Of a DNA stretch of 64,000 bases, positions 30,604-41,089 are shown piece after piece. Position numbers and translations under genes: made by a program. The notes beneath the pieces are model-generated. The model searched no databases and was not told where the DNA came from. It worked only from the letters and a program-made list of their open reading frames with translations. This stretch comes from Candidatus Latescibacterota bacterium (GTDB lineage Bacteria > Latescibacterota > UBA2968 > GCA-2709665), in the NCBI GenBank assembly GCA_965237675.1, contig OZ250150.1, positions 3,872,001 through 3,936,000 on the forward strand. Reading direction: 5' to 3'. Position 1 is the stretch's first letter. Every line of letters begins with the position of its first letter.

Positions 30604-32778
30604 GTGAAAAAGACCTTCTTGATTTTTATCGTTTGCCTGTTCCTGGATCAGAACGCCGCGTGCGCCCAGGCGGTCGCCACCCCCGATACGCTTCGCTTTG
30701 GCCCGGTACGTGTTGGGACTTCAGCACTGGATAGTGTCCGTCTCGTGAACACCGGGGAGGCCAACTTAATTATGACCTCGGTGGATGTTGGCGCAACCGC
30801 GTTCCAGCTTCCGGACGCTCCCTTTTCCGATGCAGACGTTGTGCTGTCGCCGGATCAGGCCGTGAGTCTACGGGTCCGTTTTGAACCTCTGGATCTGGTT
30901 GTCTTTTCCGAAAATCTGACCGTAGAAACCAGCAGCGGCGCTCTGAGTGTACACCTCGTCGGCGAAGGCGTTAGCGAAGTCGTGGTCATTCAAGAAATCC
31001 TTGCCGACCCCCCACTTGACCTGGAAGGCGACGCCAATGGAGACGGAGTACGCCACCGCAGTCAGGACGAATTCGTGGAACTGTTGAATATCGGATTCAC
31101 GCCCGTCGAGTTGGACGGATGGCAGTTGAGCGATGCGGGCGCCGCGGCGCAAGCGAGGTTTACGTTTCCGGAAAACACCCGGCTAGAACCAGGCGAGCGA
31201 GCGGTTCTGTTTGGCGGTGGTTTACCCACAGGTTTTTCGGGACCCGTGTTCGTGGACGATGGCACGATCGGTCGTGGTCTGAACAACCGTGGCGACGCGG
31301 TCTTCTTGATTGATCCAACGGGACCGGATACCATGGCGACCGCGGCTTACGGTACCGGGGCGGACAAGGATCAATCGCTCGTGCGCCACCCGCAGGGCCG
31401 GGGACCATTTGTTCTCCATAGCCTGTTCCCGGGCGACGGCGCGCTCTTTTCGCCGGGACGGGAGCGTGAGGTTATACAGCGAATCGAAATCGTCCCTTCA
31501 GATACCACGGTGAAACTGGGAGCTGTGATTCAGTTTGAAGCACAGGCTGTATTCCCGGAAAAGAGGGTGCATGCACTGGAGGACGGGATGGTCTGGCATT
31601 CGGCCGATGACGCGGTTATCAGTCTTATCGACGGCACCGGGACGGCGGTGGGCGTCGGTACTACAGAGATAACCGCCACGGTGGCGGACATAATGTCCGT
31701 TCCCGGCACGGTTGTGGTCAGGGCACCAAGCGTGTCGGCGCTGACGGTCGCGCCCGCCGATACCCATTTGGTGGTAGGTGACGCGTTCCTGTACCGGGTG
31801 TTTGCCGTGAACGGTGATGGCGTCGGGGGGCCAATCCGGTCCGGGTTGGTGTGGCATAGCTCCGATTCCACGGTCGCACTGCCTCAGGGCGACAACAGGA
31901 TCCTGGCCGAGGGACCGGGAAATGCCTCGGTGGTCGTTCATTTGGACTCCATGTCAGGCACAGCTGCGTTCCGGGCAGGCGACCCAGGAGATCCGAATGC
32001 GGATGGTGCGTTCGATGTGCTGGATGCGCTCCTCACCGTCTATCTGATCCTGGACATGGCCAACGACGCCAGCCAGTATGAACGCCGCGCTTCGGATTTG
32101 AATCGGGATGGACTGGTCGACATTCTGGATCTGGCTCTGTTGATTCGAAAAATACTGGGTGTTCCGGACGGCGGGGCGAAAACCGCGGTGGTCAGCGTTG
32201 CCACGTGGCGATGGGACGGCGAAAGCCTGAGTATCCAGGCCACGTCCCGACTCGCTGCGATTCAGGTTACATTTGACGGTTACGTTGAGAGCGTGAAATC
32301 GCCCGTGGGCGCGAAAGCGGTGGTTTCGCATTCCCGCCCGGGTCAAACACGCGTAATTGTCTTCCCGGTTTCACCGGACGGGCTGGATGGCGGCGACACG
32401 GGTCTGCGGCTGGTTCCCAAGGGAAGGCCTGGAACGGTTGCCGAAATTGCGGCCACGGATATGAGGGGCCGGCCGGTTGCGTTTGACTCCGGAGGGACCG
32501 AACGGTTTGGTTTGGAGCAGAACTTCCCCAATCCGTTCAATGCGTCCACGATACTGGTGTACAATCTCCCCCGACGGGACTATACACAGCTGCGGATCTT
32601 CTCGGTTCTGGGGCAGGAGGTTGCAAGGCCGGTCGACGGTCCGGTCGAGGCGGGTACCCACCGAATTATGTGGGACGGCCTCGATGCGGAGGGACGGCCA
32701 GCCGGCAGTGGAATCTACCTGGGGTATCTGGTGGCTGGCAGACAGCGGTCCGTTATCAAGATGGTGTTGTTGAGGTAA
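30604..32778 (+). CDS. secreted protein: Ig-like (choice-of-anchor D) + lamin-tail domain + 2 Big_2 + dockerin + FlgD-Ig C-terminal domain
   Basis: Signal peptide; LTD motif IQEILADP..DEFVEL..GWQLSD; dockerin GDPNADGAFDVLDA..SDLNRDGLVDILDL; QNFPNPFN..WDG..SGIY..KMVLLR. Confidence 0.85.
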   Translation: MKKTFLIFIVCLFLDQNAACAQAVATPDTLRFGPVRVGTSALDSVRLVNTGEANLIMTSVDVGATAFQLPDAPFSDADVVLSPDQAVSLRVRFEPLDLVVFSENLTVETSSGALSVHLVGEGVSEVVVIQEILADPPLDLEGDANGDGVRHRSQDEFVELLNIGFTPVELDGWQLSDAGAAAQARFTFPENTRLEPGERAVLFGGGLPTGFSGPVFVDDGTIGRGLNNRGDAVFLIDPTGPDTMATAAYGTGADKDQSLVRHPQGRGPFVLHSLFPGDGALFSPGREREVIQRIEIVPSDTTVKLGAVIQFEAQAVFPEKRVHALEDGMVWHSADDAVISLIDGTGTAVGVGTTEITATVADIMSVPGTVVVRAPSVSALTVAPADTHLVVGDAFLYRVFAVNGDGVGGPIRSGLVWHSSDSTVALPQGDNRILAEGPGNASVVVHLDSMSGTAAFRAGDPGDPNADGAFDVLDALLTVYLILDMANDASQYERRASDLNRDGLVDILDLALLIRKILGVPDGGAKTAVVSVATWRWDGESLSIQATSRLAAIQVTFDGYVESVKSPVGAKAVVSHSRPGQTRVIVFPVSPDGLDGGDTGLRLVPKGRPGTVAEIAATDMRGRPVAFDSGGTERFGLEQNFPNPFNASTILVYNLPRRDYTQLRIFSVLGQEVARPVDGPVEAGTHRIMWDGLDAEGRPAGSGIYLGYLVAGRQRSVIKMVLLR

Positions 32779-32888
32779 AGCAATCGTTTTGAGATTGACA
32801 GCCGCTGTTCGGCAGGCATCGGAAGACGTCAATTCCTTACACCTTGTTTCCGGGCACGTTCCAAATCGACATTCGAGGGTATCATTAC

Positions 32889-35800
32889 ATGCGTCGTAGC
32901 ATACACACAATACACACATTGGCCATCCTGCTGATGCTGGACCGGCCGCCGGCCGGTTACTGCACCCCCGCCGACACGCTGAGGGCGGTCGGAACAACTG
33001 TCCTGGCCGCGGACACGGCGGGCGTTGAGGTTATCTTGAAAAATGCGCATAGAGTAGGTGGTGCGTCGTGGACCCTGCAGTACGATTCTTCCGCCATGGC
33101 CGTGGTCGGGGTCGGGAAAACGGAGCGTTCCGCAGACATGGAGATCTATACGCACGCGGCAGGGGATTCGGTAAAGACGTTGATCCTGGATCCTTCAAGG
33201 GGGCGGGCGATCACGCCTGGCGAGGGAGCCGTAGCCCGCTTGCGGTTGCTGATTCTTGATGCCGCCTCAGACGGCGTCTACCCTCTGGTGTTTCGCACGG
33301 TGGATCTTGTGAATGCGGCCCAGCCGCCGGAGCGGCTAGAAGCGGTAGGGCTGGACGGACACGTTCGGATTGCGTCCCAGTTTCTATCCGTCGGGGCAAC
33401 CAGCGGGTCTCCCGGCGACACCGTGGCCGTGCCTCTCAAGCTGCACAATAAGGCCGTTGTCGCGGGCATTCAGGCTGTTCTGACCTGGCCTAAAAACGCG
33501 CTGAGCTTCGTGAAGGTGTTGCCTGGAAAGCGAATTGACCAGTGGGATCTGTGGGCGGTAGCCAGAATCGAGGGAGGCGTCAGGCTTCTAGGCGTGGATC
33601 TGGACGGAACGCAGTTAATACCGCCGGGTGACGGCACCATTGCCCTCCTGAATCTGGCCGTCCCCGAATTCTCAACCGGTAGCGCAATATCCATTTCTGT
33701 TGACAGTTTAAGGTTGGCGGATCCGGAGGGAGTTGCCCTGTCTGCGGCCTTGGCAAGCGGCGAGATCACTATTTCATCGCGCGTGAATCGATCCCCTCAA
33801 CTGGCTCTGCCTGAGTATATTACGATGGACGAAGATTCGATGTTTCTCTGGCGGATACCGGCTTCCGATCCGGACGGAGACCAGCTTCTATTCGAAACTG
33901 AAAACCTTCCTGGATGGCTCTCGCTCGACGCCCATACCGGCGAATTCAGCGGCATACCCTTGGACAGGGATGTCGGCGTTTATATGGTCGGTCTCCGGGT
34001 TTCCGACGGTCATTTCAGTGTCCCGGACACCATGCGGCTTGAAGTCTACAATCTTCCGCCTCAGATTCTGGGCACGCCCGAACGCACGGCCCGTGTGGAA
34101 GCGGTTTACCGTTATGCGCCGCGGGTGCGAAACCTCGATGGAGGCGTTGTTCGCATTGAGCCGGATGATATGGGCATTTTGTGGGATGCGGCGTCCGGCC
34201 TCGTAATTTGGCGGCCCGAGAAATCGGGCGATATTCGCCTGCGCATGATCGCCGTGGATCCGAACGGCGGAGAGGCAGTCCAGGAATTCACCGTAACGGT
34301 TGTGGACCGCGCCAGGGTGGTGATCGACGAGGTGTTGGCGGATCCGGCTTCAGGTCCTCTTGGCGATGCCAACCGCGACGGGGTTAGAGACGGCAAGGCG
34401 GATGAGTTCGTGGAGATATGGAATCCTGATTCGACACCGGTCGCAATAGGCGGATGGTGGCTCAGCGACGACGATGCCGGACCGAGAGGCCGGTTTCATT
34501 TTCCGGACGGGTTCGTACTGGAACCCGGTGCACGCGCGGTCCTTTTTGGCGGCGGCGCGCCCTCAGGTATTCCGGAACCCTTTTTTGTGGACGACGGCAG
34601 TATCGGTAACGGTTTAACCAACGGCGGTGACTTCGTGTTGCTGGTCGATCCGGTCTTCGAAGATACGGTGGCAGTCGCCGACTTCCGGGTAAAGGGCGAC
34701 CTGAACCGGTCGGTCGTGAGGCTTGCCGAGGGCATCTACGTTCCGCATCCCGATTTACCGGATGGTGGCGTCATATCGCCTGGCGGGTCTCATCCGAAGC
34801 CTGCGGTGGCGGAGGATCCGGAGAAATCTCCTCCGCCGGTATTTCTGGATGAACCCCCATCGTGGTGCCGCGTCGGTGCGCTCTGTCGGTTCGTGCCCAA
34901 GGTTCGCAATCTGAACGGCGGGTTCGTGCACCTGGAGACCCGCGTGCATGGTGTCGCGTGGGACCGTGCCACTGGTGAGATTCTGTGGAGGCCCGATAAG
35001 GAAGGGCGTTTTCGTTTCTGGCAGACTGCAGTCAGTGGCGCGGGAGAGAAGACCGTCAGGCAGTTTGACGTTTGGGTCGAGCCCCGCCCACAAATTGCAA
35101 TTGTTGAAATTCTGGCAGACCCTCCGCCCGGCGTGAACGGAGACGTGAATGGAGACGGAACGCGAGACAGCCAGGCGGACGAATTCGTGGAGATCTTGAA
35201 TGAAGGGCCGGATGCAGTCTGGCTTACGGATTGGCGGCTGAGCGACGATGATGTATCGGCCCGCCGGCAGTTTCGGTTTCCCGATTTCACCCGGCTCCAT
35301 CCTGGGGAACGTGCCGTGCTGTTTGGAGGGGGACGGCCCGAGGGGATCAAGGGTCAGGTATTCGTGGATGACGGCAGAATCGGTAATGGGTTGACCAACA
35401 AGTCCGATGTGATTCTGCTGATCGACCCCGTTCTGAACGATACGCTCGCCCGCGCATCCTATCGCATCGAGGAGGACATTGATCAGTCCCTGGTGTGGGA
35501 CGGCACGGCCTGGATCCCGCATCAGACGCCGCCGGGGCGAGGCGTCTTTTCGCCTGGACTGCCGCGGGAGATGGGTACCGTCATCGAGGCAAAGGGACCG
35601 GTTGCCGATGATGCCTCGCCGAATGAGGGTAGCGGACAGTCCCGTCATCCTCCAGGATCCGTCCCGGCAGGTGTGATTATCAGTGAGATCCTTGCGGATC
35701 CCGCCGCCGATACCAGCGGCGATGCCAACGGTGATGGCAAACGCCATGCATTCGAGGATGAGTTCGTGGAACTGCGGAATGCAGGACCGGACACGGCTCG

Positions 35801-37760
35801 TCTCGATGGGTGCAGGCTGGGAGATGACGACACGCCCTTGGACCGTCTTTTTGGCTTTCCCTCCGGTACGATGCTTCCGCCAGGCGGGTTTCTGGTCCTG
35901 TTTGGTGGCGGTTCGACGACGGATTTCCCCGGGAGCGCGTTTGCGGATGATGGCCGCATCGGAGACGGGCTCTCGAATGCCGGCGACACCGTCATTTTCC
36001 TATCGCCCGATGGCGGGGATACGCTCGATATCACGACCTTTGACAAAGCGTTCGAAGGATCCTCGCTCGTCCGCCGTGAGGATGGCACGCTGCAACGGCA
36101 TGATCTTCTGCCGTTCAAGGGAATGTTCTCGCCAGGCCGCGCGGCGCCGCAGCTCGTCGCTATCCGCATCGTCCCGGACACGTTAGTCATGGAAACTGGA
36201 TCCAGTCGCGCCGTCACTGCGGAGGGCATTTTCGATTCGGAATCCGTGTCGGATGTCACGGACAACGTGGAATGGACGGTTGAGGACGCCTCCGTCGCGC
36301 AACTTGGCCCGGAGTTCATGCTGCGAGGGGTCGCGCCAGGTGAGACCGCGGTGAACGCGCGTTTTGGGCGTCTTACGTCGAACGCCTTCGTACGGGTGTT
36401 TTCTGAGGCGAAGGATGCAACCGGTGATTCAGGCACGGTTGCCCCCGACAACACCGGCAATTCGAACCCTCCATCCAACCTCCCGCCGGTATTCCTCTCA
36501 CACCCCGACACGCTGGCGATCGCGGGTCTGAAGTACGTTTACCGGCCGAAGGCGGAAGATCCCGAGGGTGGGCCTGTCGTATTTATGGCGTTGCGGATTC
36601 CAACGTGGCTGCGATGGATGGAGACCTATCTGGAAGGCTTACCGGAAGAGACCGGTTACTGGCCGGTTGTCATCGCGGCTGGGGACGGCGCCGACACGAC
36701 TGAACAGGCGTTCACGATCCGCGTTGTCCGACCTGGAGTTCCTGCGGCAAACCGACCGGACAGCGTTGCCTACGTTGGCGTTACATGGCGGATGCCGCTG
36801 GATATCAGTGACGGAATTCAGACCCAGGTGGAGGGCGGACCTGTTGTGGAAGCCTCTGGCGAGTCTCTGGTGTGGCGCCCGCAGGCGGGCGACGAAGGCG
36901 AACGGGAGATTTCGGTCTCGATGAGTGGAAACGGTGTCGAAAGCGTGGTGTTGACATTCAGGATCACGGTCTGGCCTCGGCCGCTGATTCGCGTCGAAGA
37001 AATCCTGGTCGATGCGATCGCTGATTTGAACGGGAATGGGACTCTGGACCCATACGGTGATCAATTCATCGAGTTGCTCAATGCCGTCGAGCACGCGGTG
37101 GAACTGTCCGGCTGGACGCTCGGTGATGACGACGGAGATCCATTTCAATTCCCGAATGGTACGGTTCTGAATGGTGGAGATCGATTAACCCTGGTTGGAG
37201 ACGGACAGAGCAGGGAGCGGGAAGGCCGGTTCTCCGCTGGCGGCCGGATCGGTAACGGACTGGCTGCCGCGGATCGGATACTATTGATCGCACCGGCGGG
37301 CCCCGATACGTTGATCGATACACGTTACTCCAACGGTAAGGTTGGCGCCTCTCTGGTGCCCGACCCGCAGCATCCGGGGAGCTGGTTGCCCCATAGCCAG
37401 GTTTCGAACCTGCCCTTTTCACCCGGATTGGCGACACCGGTTGCGGACACCAGCATCTCTGCGACCACCGGGCAGCCACCCAATGCGGTCGAAACCCACC
37501 CGGTACACCCATTTCCAAATCCGTTCAATGTGCACACCACCATTGGTTTTCTAAGCACAGGCGATCGGGCGGAACTCACCGTGTACAATATACTCGGGCA
37601 ACCCGTACGGCGTCTTGGGGTCGCAGCGCAGGCGGGGCTCCATCAATTCGTGTGGGATGGACGCGACGATCTGGGACGATCGGTAGGAACCGGCATATAT
37701 CTCATTCGCTTTCAAAACGGATTGAGCGTCCGCACGATGCGGGTGGTTCTGGTCAAATAA
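32889..37760 (+). CDS. secreted scaffold: 2 cohesin-like + He_PIG/Ig repeats + 4 lamin-tail domains + FlgD-Ig C-terminal domain
   Basis: Cohesin-like WTLQYD..PGEGAVARL and GSPGDTVAVPL..AGIQAVLTW; PIG ASDPDGD..LPGWLSLDAHTG; four EILAD..D.N.DG..DEFVE repeats; PNPFN..WDGRDDLG..GIY. Confidence 0.85.
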   Translation: MRRSIHTIHTLAILLMLDRPPAGYCTPADTLRAVGTTVLAADTAGVEVILKNAHRVGGASWTLQYDSSAMAVVGVGKTERSADMEIYTHAAGDSVKTLILDPSRGRAITPGEGAVARLRLLILDAASDGVYPLVFRTVDLVNAAQPPERLEAVGLDGHVRIASQFLSVGATSGSPGDTVAVPLKLHNKAVVAGIQAVLTWPKNALSFVKVLPGKRIDQWDLWAVARIEGGVRLLGVDLDGTQLIPPGDGTIALLNLAVPEFSTGSAISISVDSLRLADPEGVALSAALASGEITISSRVNRSPQLALPEYITMDEDSMFLWRIPASDPDGDQLLFETENLPGWLSLDAHTGEFSGIPLDRDVGVYMVGLRVSDGHFSVPDTMRLEVYNLPPQILGTPERTARVEAVYRYAPRVRNLDGGVVRIEPDDMGILWDAASGLVIWRPEKSGDIRLRMIAVDPNGGEAVQEFTVTVVDRARVVIDEVLADPASGPLGDANRDGVRDGKADEFVEIWNPDSTPVAIGGWWLSDDDAGPRGRFHFPDGFVLEPGARAVLFGGGAPSGIPEPFFVDDGSIGNGLTNGGDFVLLVDPVFEDTVAVADFRVKGDLNRSVVRLAEGIYVPHPDLPDGGVISPGGSHPKPAVAEDPEKSPPPVFLDEPPSWCRVGALCRFVPKVRNLNGGFVHLETRVHGVAWDRATGEILWRPDKEGRFRFWQTAVSGAGEKTVRQFDVWVEPRPQIAIVEILADPPPGVNGDVNGDGTRDSQADEFVEILNEGPDAVWLTDWRLSDDDVSARRQFRFPDFTRLHPGERAVLFGGGRPEGIKGQVFVDDGRIGNGLTNKSDVILLIDPVLNDTLARASYRIEEDIDQSLVWDGTAWIPHQTPPGRGVFSPGLPREMGTVIEAKGPVADDASPNEGSGQSRHPPGSVPAGVIISEILADPAADTSGDANGDGKRHAFEDEFVELRNAGPDTARLDGCRLGDDDTPLDRLFGFPSGTMLPPGGFLVLFGGGSTTDFPGSAFADDGRIGDGLSNAGDTVIFLSPDGGDTLDITTFDKAFEGSSLVRREDGTLQRHDLLPFKGMFSPGRAAPQLVAIRIVPDTLVMETGSSRAVTAEGIFDSESVSDVTDNVEWTVEDASVAQLGPEFMLRGVAPGETAVNARFGRLTSNAFVRVFSEAKDATGDSGTVAPDNTGNSNPPSNLPPVFLSHPDTLAIAGLKYVYRPKAEDPEGGPVVFMALRIPTWLRWMETYLEGLPEETGYWPVVIAAGDGADTTEQAFTIRVVRPGVPAANRPDSVAYVGVTWRMPLDISDGIQTQVEGGPVVEASGESLVWRPQAGDEGEREISVSMSGNGVESVVLTFRITVWPRPLIRVEEILVDAIADLNGNGTLDPYGDQFIELLNAVEHAVELSGWTLGDDDGDPFQFPNGTVLNGGDRLTLVGDGQSREREGRFSAGGRIGNGLAAADRILLIAPAGPDTLIDTRYSNGKVGASLVPDPQHPGSWLPHSQVSNLPFSPGLATPVADTSISATTGQPPNAVETHPVHPFPNPFNVHTTIGFLSTGDRAELTVYNILGQPVRRLGVAAQAGLHQFVWDGRDDLGRSVGTGIYLIRFQNGLSVRTMRVVLVK

Positions 37761-37952
37761 CCCGGCGAACGAACATCTGATGCCGCCGGCGTTTTTGAAC
37801 GTAACTCGCACAGCGCCGGAATGTCGATAAGCCCGGAATGCGGTGCCGGGCGGTAACCGGACTTTAAGTGGCGGTCGACAGTAATCGCCGTTAATCGTCA
37901 GCAACATCGTTGCGGTTAGATTAATAAAACATCAAGAAAGGGGGTGAAATTC

Positions 37953-38219
37953 ATGGCACAGCCCGAGATCACTTTCAGACACGGTTCCTGCAGCGCTTCC
38001 GTGTTTGAGAACGAATACAACCGCGGTTCGGATAGCTTTAACGTCCGTTCGGTTTCGTTTCAGAGAAGCTTCCGCGACAAGCAAGGGGAGTGGCAACGGT
38101 CCAGCACCCTGCGGGTGAACGACATTCCAAAGGCGATCCTGGTGCTTAACAAAGCGTATGAGTACCTGACGTCCAACGGCCAGGGCGAGGCGGAAGAGGA
38201 AACCGAAACGCGGGCTTAA
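37953..38219 (+). CDS. small hypothetical protein, possible ssDNA/RNA-binding
   Basis: ASVFEN..VSFQRSFRDKQGEW..DIPKA pattern with acidic tail; good RBS. Confidence 0.65.
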   Translation: MAQPEITFRHGSCSASVFENEYNRGSDSFNVRSVSFQRSFRDKQGEWQRSSTLRVNDIPKAILVLNKAYEYLTSNGQGEAEEETETRA

Positions 38220-38371
38220 TAGGCGGGTTGACAGAATTGAGGGATAACCGGCGCTCCTGGCCGGTGTCCCTCTTTTGCATTTTGCTATTCTATATTGTTG
38301 TTTCCGATGCGGTTTGTTTGTATCTTCCAAGGATCGTTCGATTCGCGAATCTATGCAACAGGATCGTCCAC

Positions 38372-39292
38372 ATGGGTGATACGACGATAGATATCGAGCA
38401 GTCCTTGCGCCAACTGACCGGCGAATTGAAAAATTTCGAGGAAATTGCCAGACATATCAAACCGCCTTCGGGTGAAATTCCGGTGTTGAAGGGAATCGAC
38501 ATCTACGGAGAAACCATTCCCCTGAACGGCCTGATCGGCGGCGATCATATCATATACGTCGATTTCAAAAAACGGTACGATTTGGAGGCGCGTATACGGC
38601 AGGCGGAGAAAGAAGGTCGGGGGAGAGTAGCCGCAAACCTCAGGAGATGTCAGCGGATGGCCGGGATTGCCCTCGTGGATGTGTCAGGACACCAGATTAC
38701 GGACGCGATGCTGGCCGGTATGCTGCACGAGGCATTCTTGCTCGGCGCCATCTACGAAATGGACCAGTTTGGCACGATCACTGAGAAATTGTTCGAGAAT
38801 TTGAATACCCGGATATACAATTCCTCCAGTGTCAGCAAGTTTCTGACGATGATATATGGGGAAATCGGAGAAGACGACACGTTCAAATTTCTCTCCGCGG
38901 CACACCCGATGCCGATTGTATTTTCGAATATGCAAGATCGGATAATGGACATCAATGAGAATCTGTTTGTGAATTTCCCTCCCATCGGAACCTTACCCTC
39001 ACAGGTGGATATCGACCGGCAGGCGATCCAGAGTGTTCTGGGCTTCAAGAAAAAATACGAGATCAATGAGTGGACGCTGATGGGGCCGGGCGACATTCTG
39101 TTGCTTTATACGGACGGGCTGACGGACCACCGCCGTGGCGATCACGATTATTTCCCTGATCGGCTCGAGGGTGCGCTCCGCCGGGTCAAAGAGCTGCCGG
39201 CTCAGAAAATTTTCGAAGCCGTCAAAGCGGATCTGCTCGACTTTGGGAGACCCCTGGACGATATCAGTCTTGTCGTGATAAAAAGGACTTAG
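38372..39292 (+). CDS. PP2C/SpoIIE family serine phosphatase
   Basis: IGGD, DVSGH, LLLYTDGL, DDISLVVIK. Confidence 0.88.
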   Translation: MGDTTIDIEQSLRQLTGELKNFEEIARHIKPPSGEIPVLKGIDIYGETIPLNGLIGGDHIIYVDFKKRYDLEARIRQAEKEGRGRVAANLRRCQRMAGIALVDVSGHQITDAMLAGMLHEAFLLGAIYEMDQFGTITEKLFENLNTRIYNSSSVSKFLTMIYGEIGEDDTFKFLSAAHPMPIVFSNMQDRIMDINENLFVNFPPIGTLPSQVDIDRQAIQSVLGFKKKYEINEWTLMGPGDILLLYTDGLTDHRRGDHDYFPDRLEGALRRVKELPAQKIFEAVKADLLDFGRPLDDISLVVIKRT

Positions 39293-39370
39293 AAGGATAC
39301 GTACCCGCCGCGTACTGCGAACGAACCGGCCCGGGTCTTAAATATCCGTTATTTCGCAGGAGGCAAGGTT

Positions 39371-40780
39371 ATGAAGATGTTTGTCAATTCCCGCTGGATG
39401 GATAAAGACGACAAGGTCGAGGTGCTGAATCCATACGATGGTTCGGTGATCGATACGGTACCCCGGGCGGATGGCACGGACGTGCAGGCCGCCCTGGCGA
39501 CGGCAGTCAGGGGCGCTGAGGTGATGGCGGCAATGCCCGCCCACGAACGATACCGCATTCTGCATCGCGCCGCGGAGTTGATGGCGGAGCGCCAGGAGGA
39601 TTTCGGGCAGACCATATCCGCAGAAGAGGGAAAGGTTATCGCCGAGGGGCGCGGGGAGGCTGCTCGGGCCGTCGATACGATGACACTTTCGGGCGAAGAG
39701 GCCAAGCGGCTTTACGGTGAGACCATTCCGCTGGACGGTGCAACCGGCGCCGAGGGCAAGTTCGGCTTTACCGTGCGGGTGCCCTGTGGCGTCGTGGTTG
39801 CGATCACGCCCTTTAATTTTCCCCTGAATCTGGTCTGTCACAAAGTAGGGCCTGCTCTGGCGGCGGGAAATTCCGTCATTGTGAAGCCGGCCACAGACAC
39901 ACCGCTTTCCGCTATGAAATTGGTGGAGGTGCTACTCGACGCGGGCGCACCCGCCGAAGCCGTGCAGTGCATCACGGGGCCGGGGGGTGAGATCGGCGCC
40001 CTGTTGTCGTCTGATTCCAGGGTACGAAAGATCTCCTTCACAGGCAGCAGGGACGTCGGTGAACGGATTTGCAAAACCGCGGGGCTGAAGAAGGTGACAA
40101 TGGAACTGGGGTCCAATTCTCCGTTAATTGTGATGCCCGATGCCGATCTGGAGAAGGTGGCCGCCGCCACGGCTGCCACAGGGTTTGCAAATGCCGGTCA
40201 GGTTTGCATTTCGGCGCAGCGTGTGATGGTTAACAGGGAAGTGTATGAAGATTTCATTGACGTACTTAAGCCCCAGGTGGAGGCCCTGAAGACCGGCAAC
40301 CAATTGGATGAGTCCGTGTCCATGGGTCCAATGATCCGCGAAAAAGATGCGGAGCGGGTAAGCGCCTGGATACAGGAGGCCCGGGAGGGCGGTGCAAGGG
40401 TGATTGTGGGCGGGGGACGGGATGGGACATTGCATGCGCCCACGGTGGTTGCGGATGTTGATCCTAAGATGCGGATGTCGTGTGACGAACTCTTCGGTCC
40501 GGCCGTTGGATTGACCCGATTCGAAACGATCGAAGAGGCCATTGCCTTGGCCAACGACACAAACTACGGTTTGTCAGCCGCGTTGTTCACTGAAAATCTG
40601 GAGCACGCGATGCAATTTGTAAACCAGGTGCAATCGGGCAATATTATGGTAAACTGGGGTCCGCAATGGCGGGCAGACCTGATGCCATACGGAGGCCTGA
40701 AGGAAAGTGGGATGGGTAAAGAAGGACCGAAATACGCGGTGGAGGAAATGACAGAGTTGAAGATGGTGGTTTTCCATTGA
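39371..40780 (+). CDS. aldehyde dehydrogenase
   Basis: ITPFNFP, SFTGS, MELGSN, GQVCIS, ELFGP, PYGGLKESG. Confidence 0.95.
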   Translation: MKMFVNSRWMDKDDKVEVLNPYDGSVIDTVPRADGTDVQAALATAVRGAEVMAAMPAHERYRILHRAAELMAERQEDFGQTISAEEGKVIAEGRGEAARAVDTMTLSGEEAKRLYGETIPLDGATGAEGKFGFTVRVPCGVVVAITPFNFPLNLVCHKVGPALAAGNSVIVKPATDTPLSAMKLVEVLLDAGAPAEAVQCITGPGGEIGALLSSDSRVRKISFTGSRDVGERICKTAGLKKVTMELGSNSPLIVMPDADLEKVAAATAATGFANAGQVCISAQRVMVNREVYEDFIDVLKPQVEALKTGNQLDESVSMGPMIREKDAERVSAWIQEAREGGARVIVGGGRDGTLHAPTVVADVDPKMRMSCDELFGPAVGLTRFETIEEAIALANDTNYGLSAALFTENLEHAMQFVNQVQSGNIMVNWGPQWRADLMPYGGLKESGMGKEGPKYAVEEMTELKMVVFH

Positions 40781-40952
40781 TCGCGGAGGGCGAGAAACCG
40801 CCGGGGAACACGAGGCGGCGTCACGGATCCGATAATCATGCCGTGGGAATGATCCGCGAAAACGTCGGCATCAAATGACAACAGCCGTCGCTCTTGGGCC
40901 GCCCTGCGTCAACTCCCCGTTTTCCCGATTCCAATCGTGTTTGTAACGCATT

Positions 40953-40988
40953 AAAAAAGCGGAGTGTCGACGTCGGCGCTCCGCTTTT
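40953..40988. terminator. bidirectional intrinsic terminator
   Basis: AAAAGCGGAGTGTCGA/TCGGCGCTCCGCTTTT stem between convergent genes. Confidence 0.75.
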
Positions 40989-41089
40989 GGCGTAAACATG
41001 AAGATGTTTCAGGTCGGTATCCTACCACGGGTCTCGACGTGAGGACCCCTCCGGCGACCGTACGCCTGCCGTGCCAAGCCCAGGTTCCG

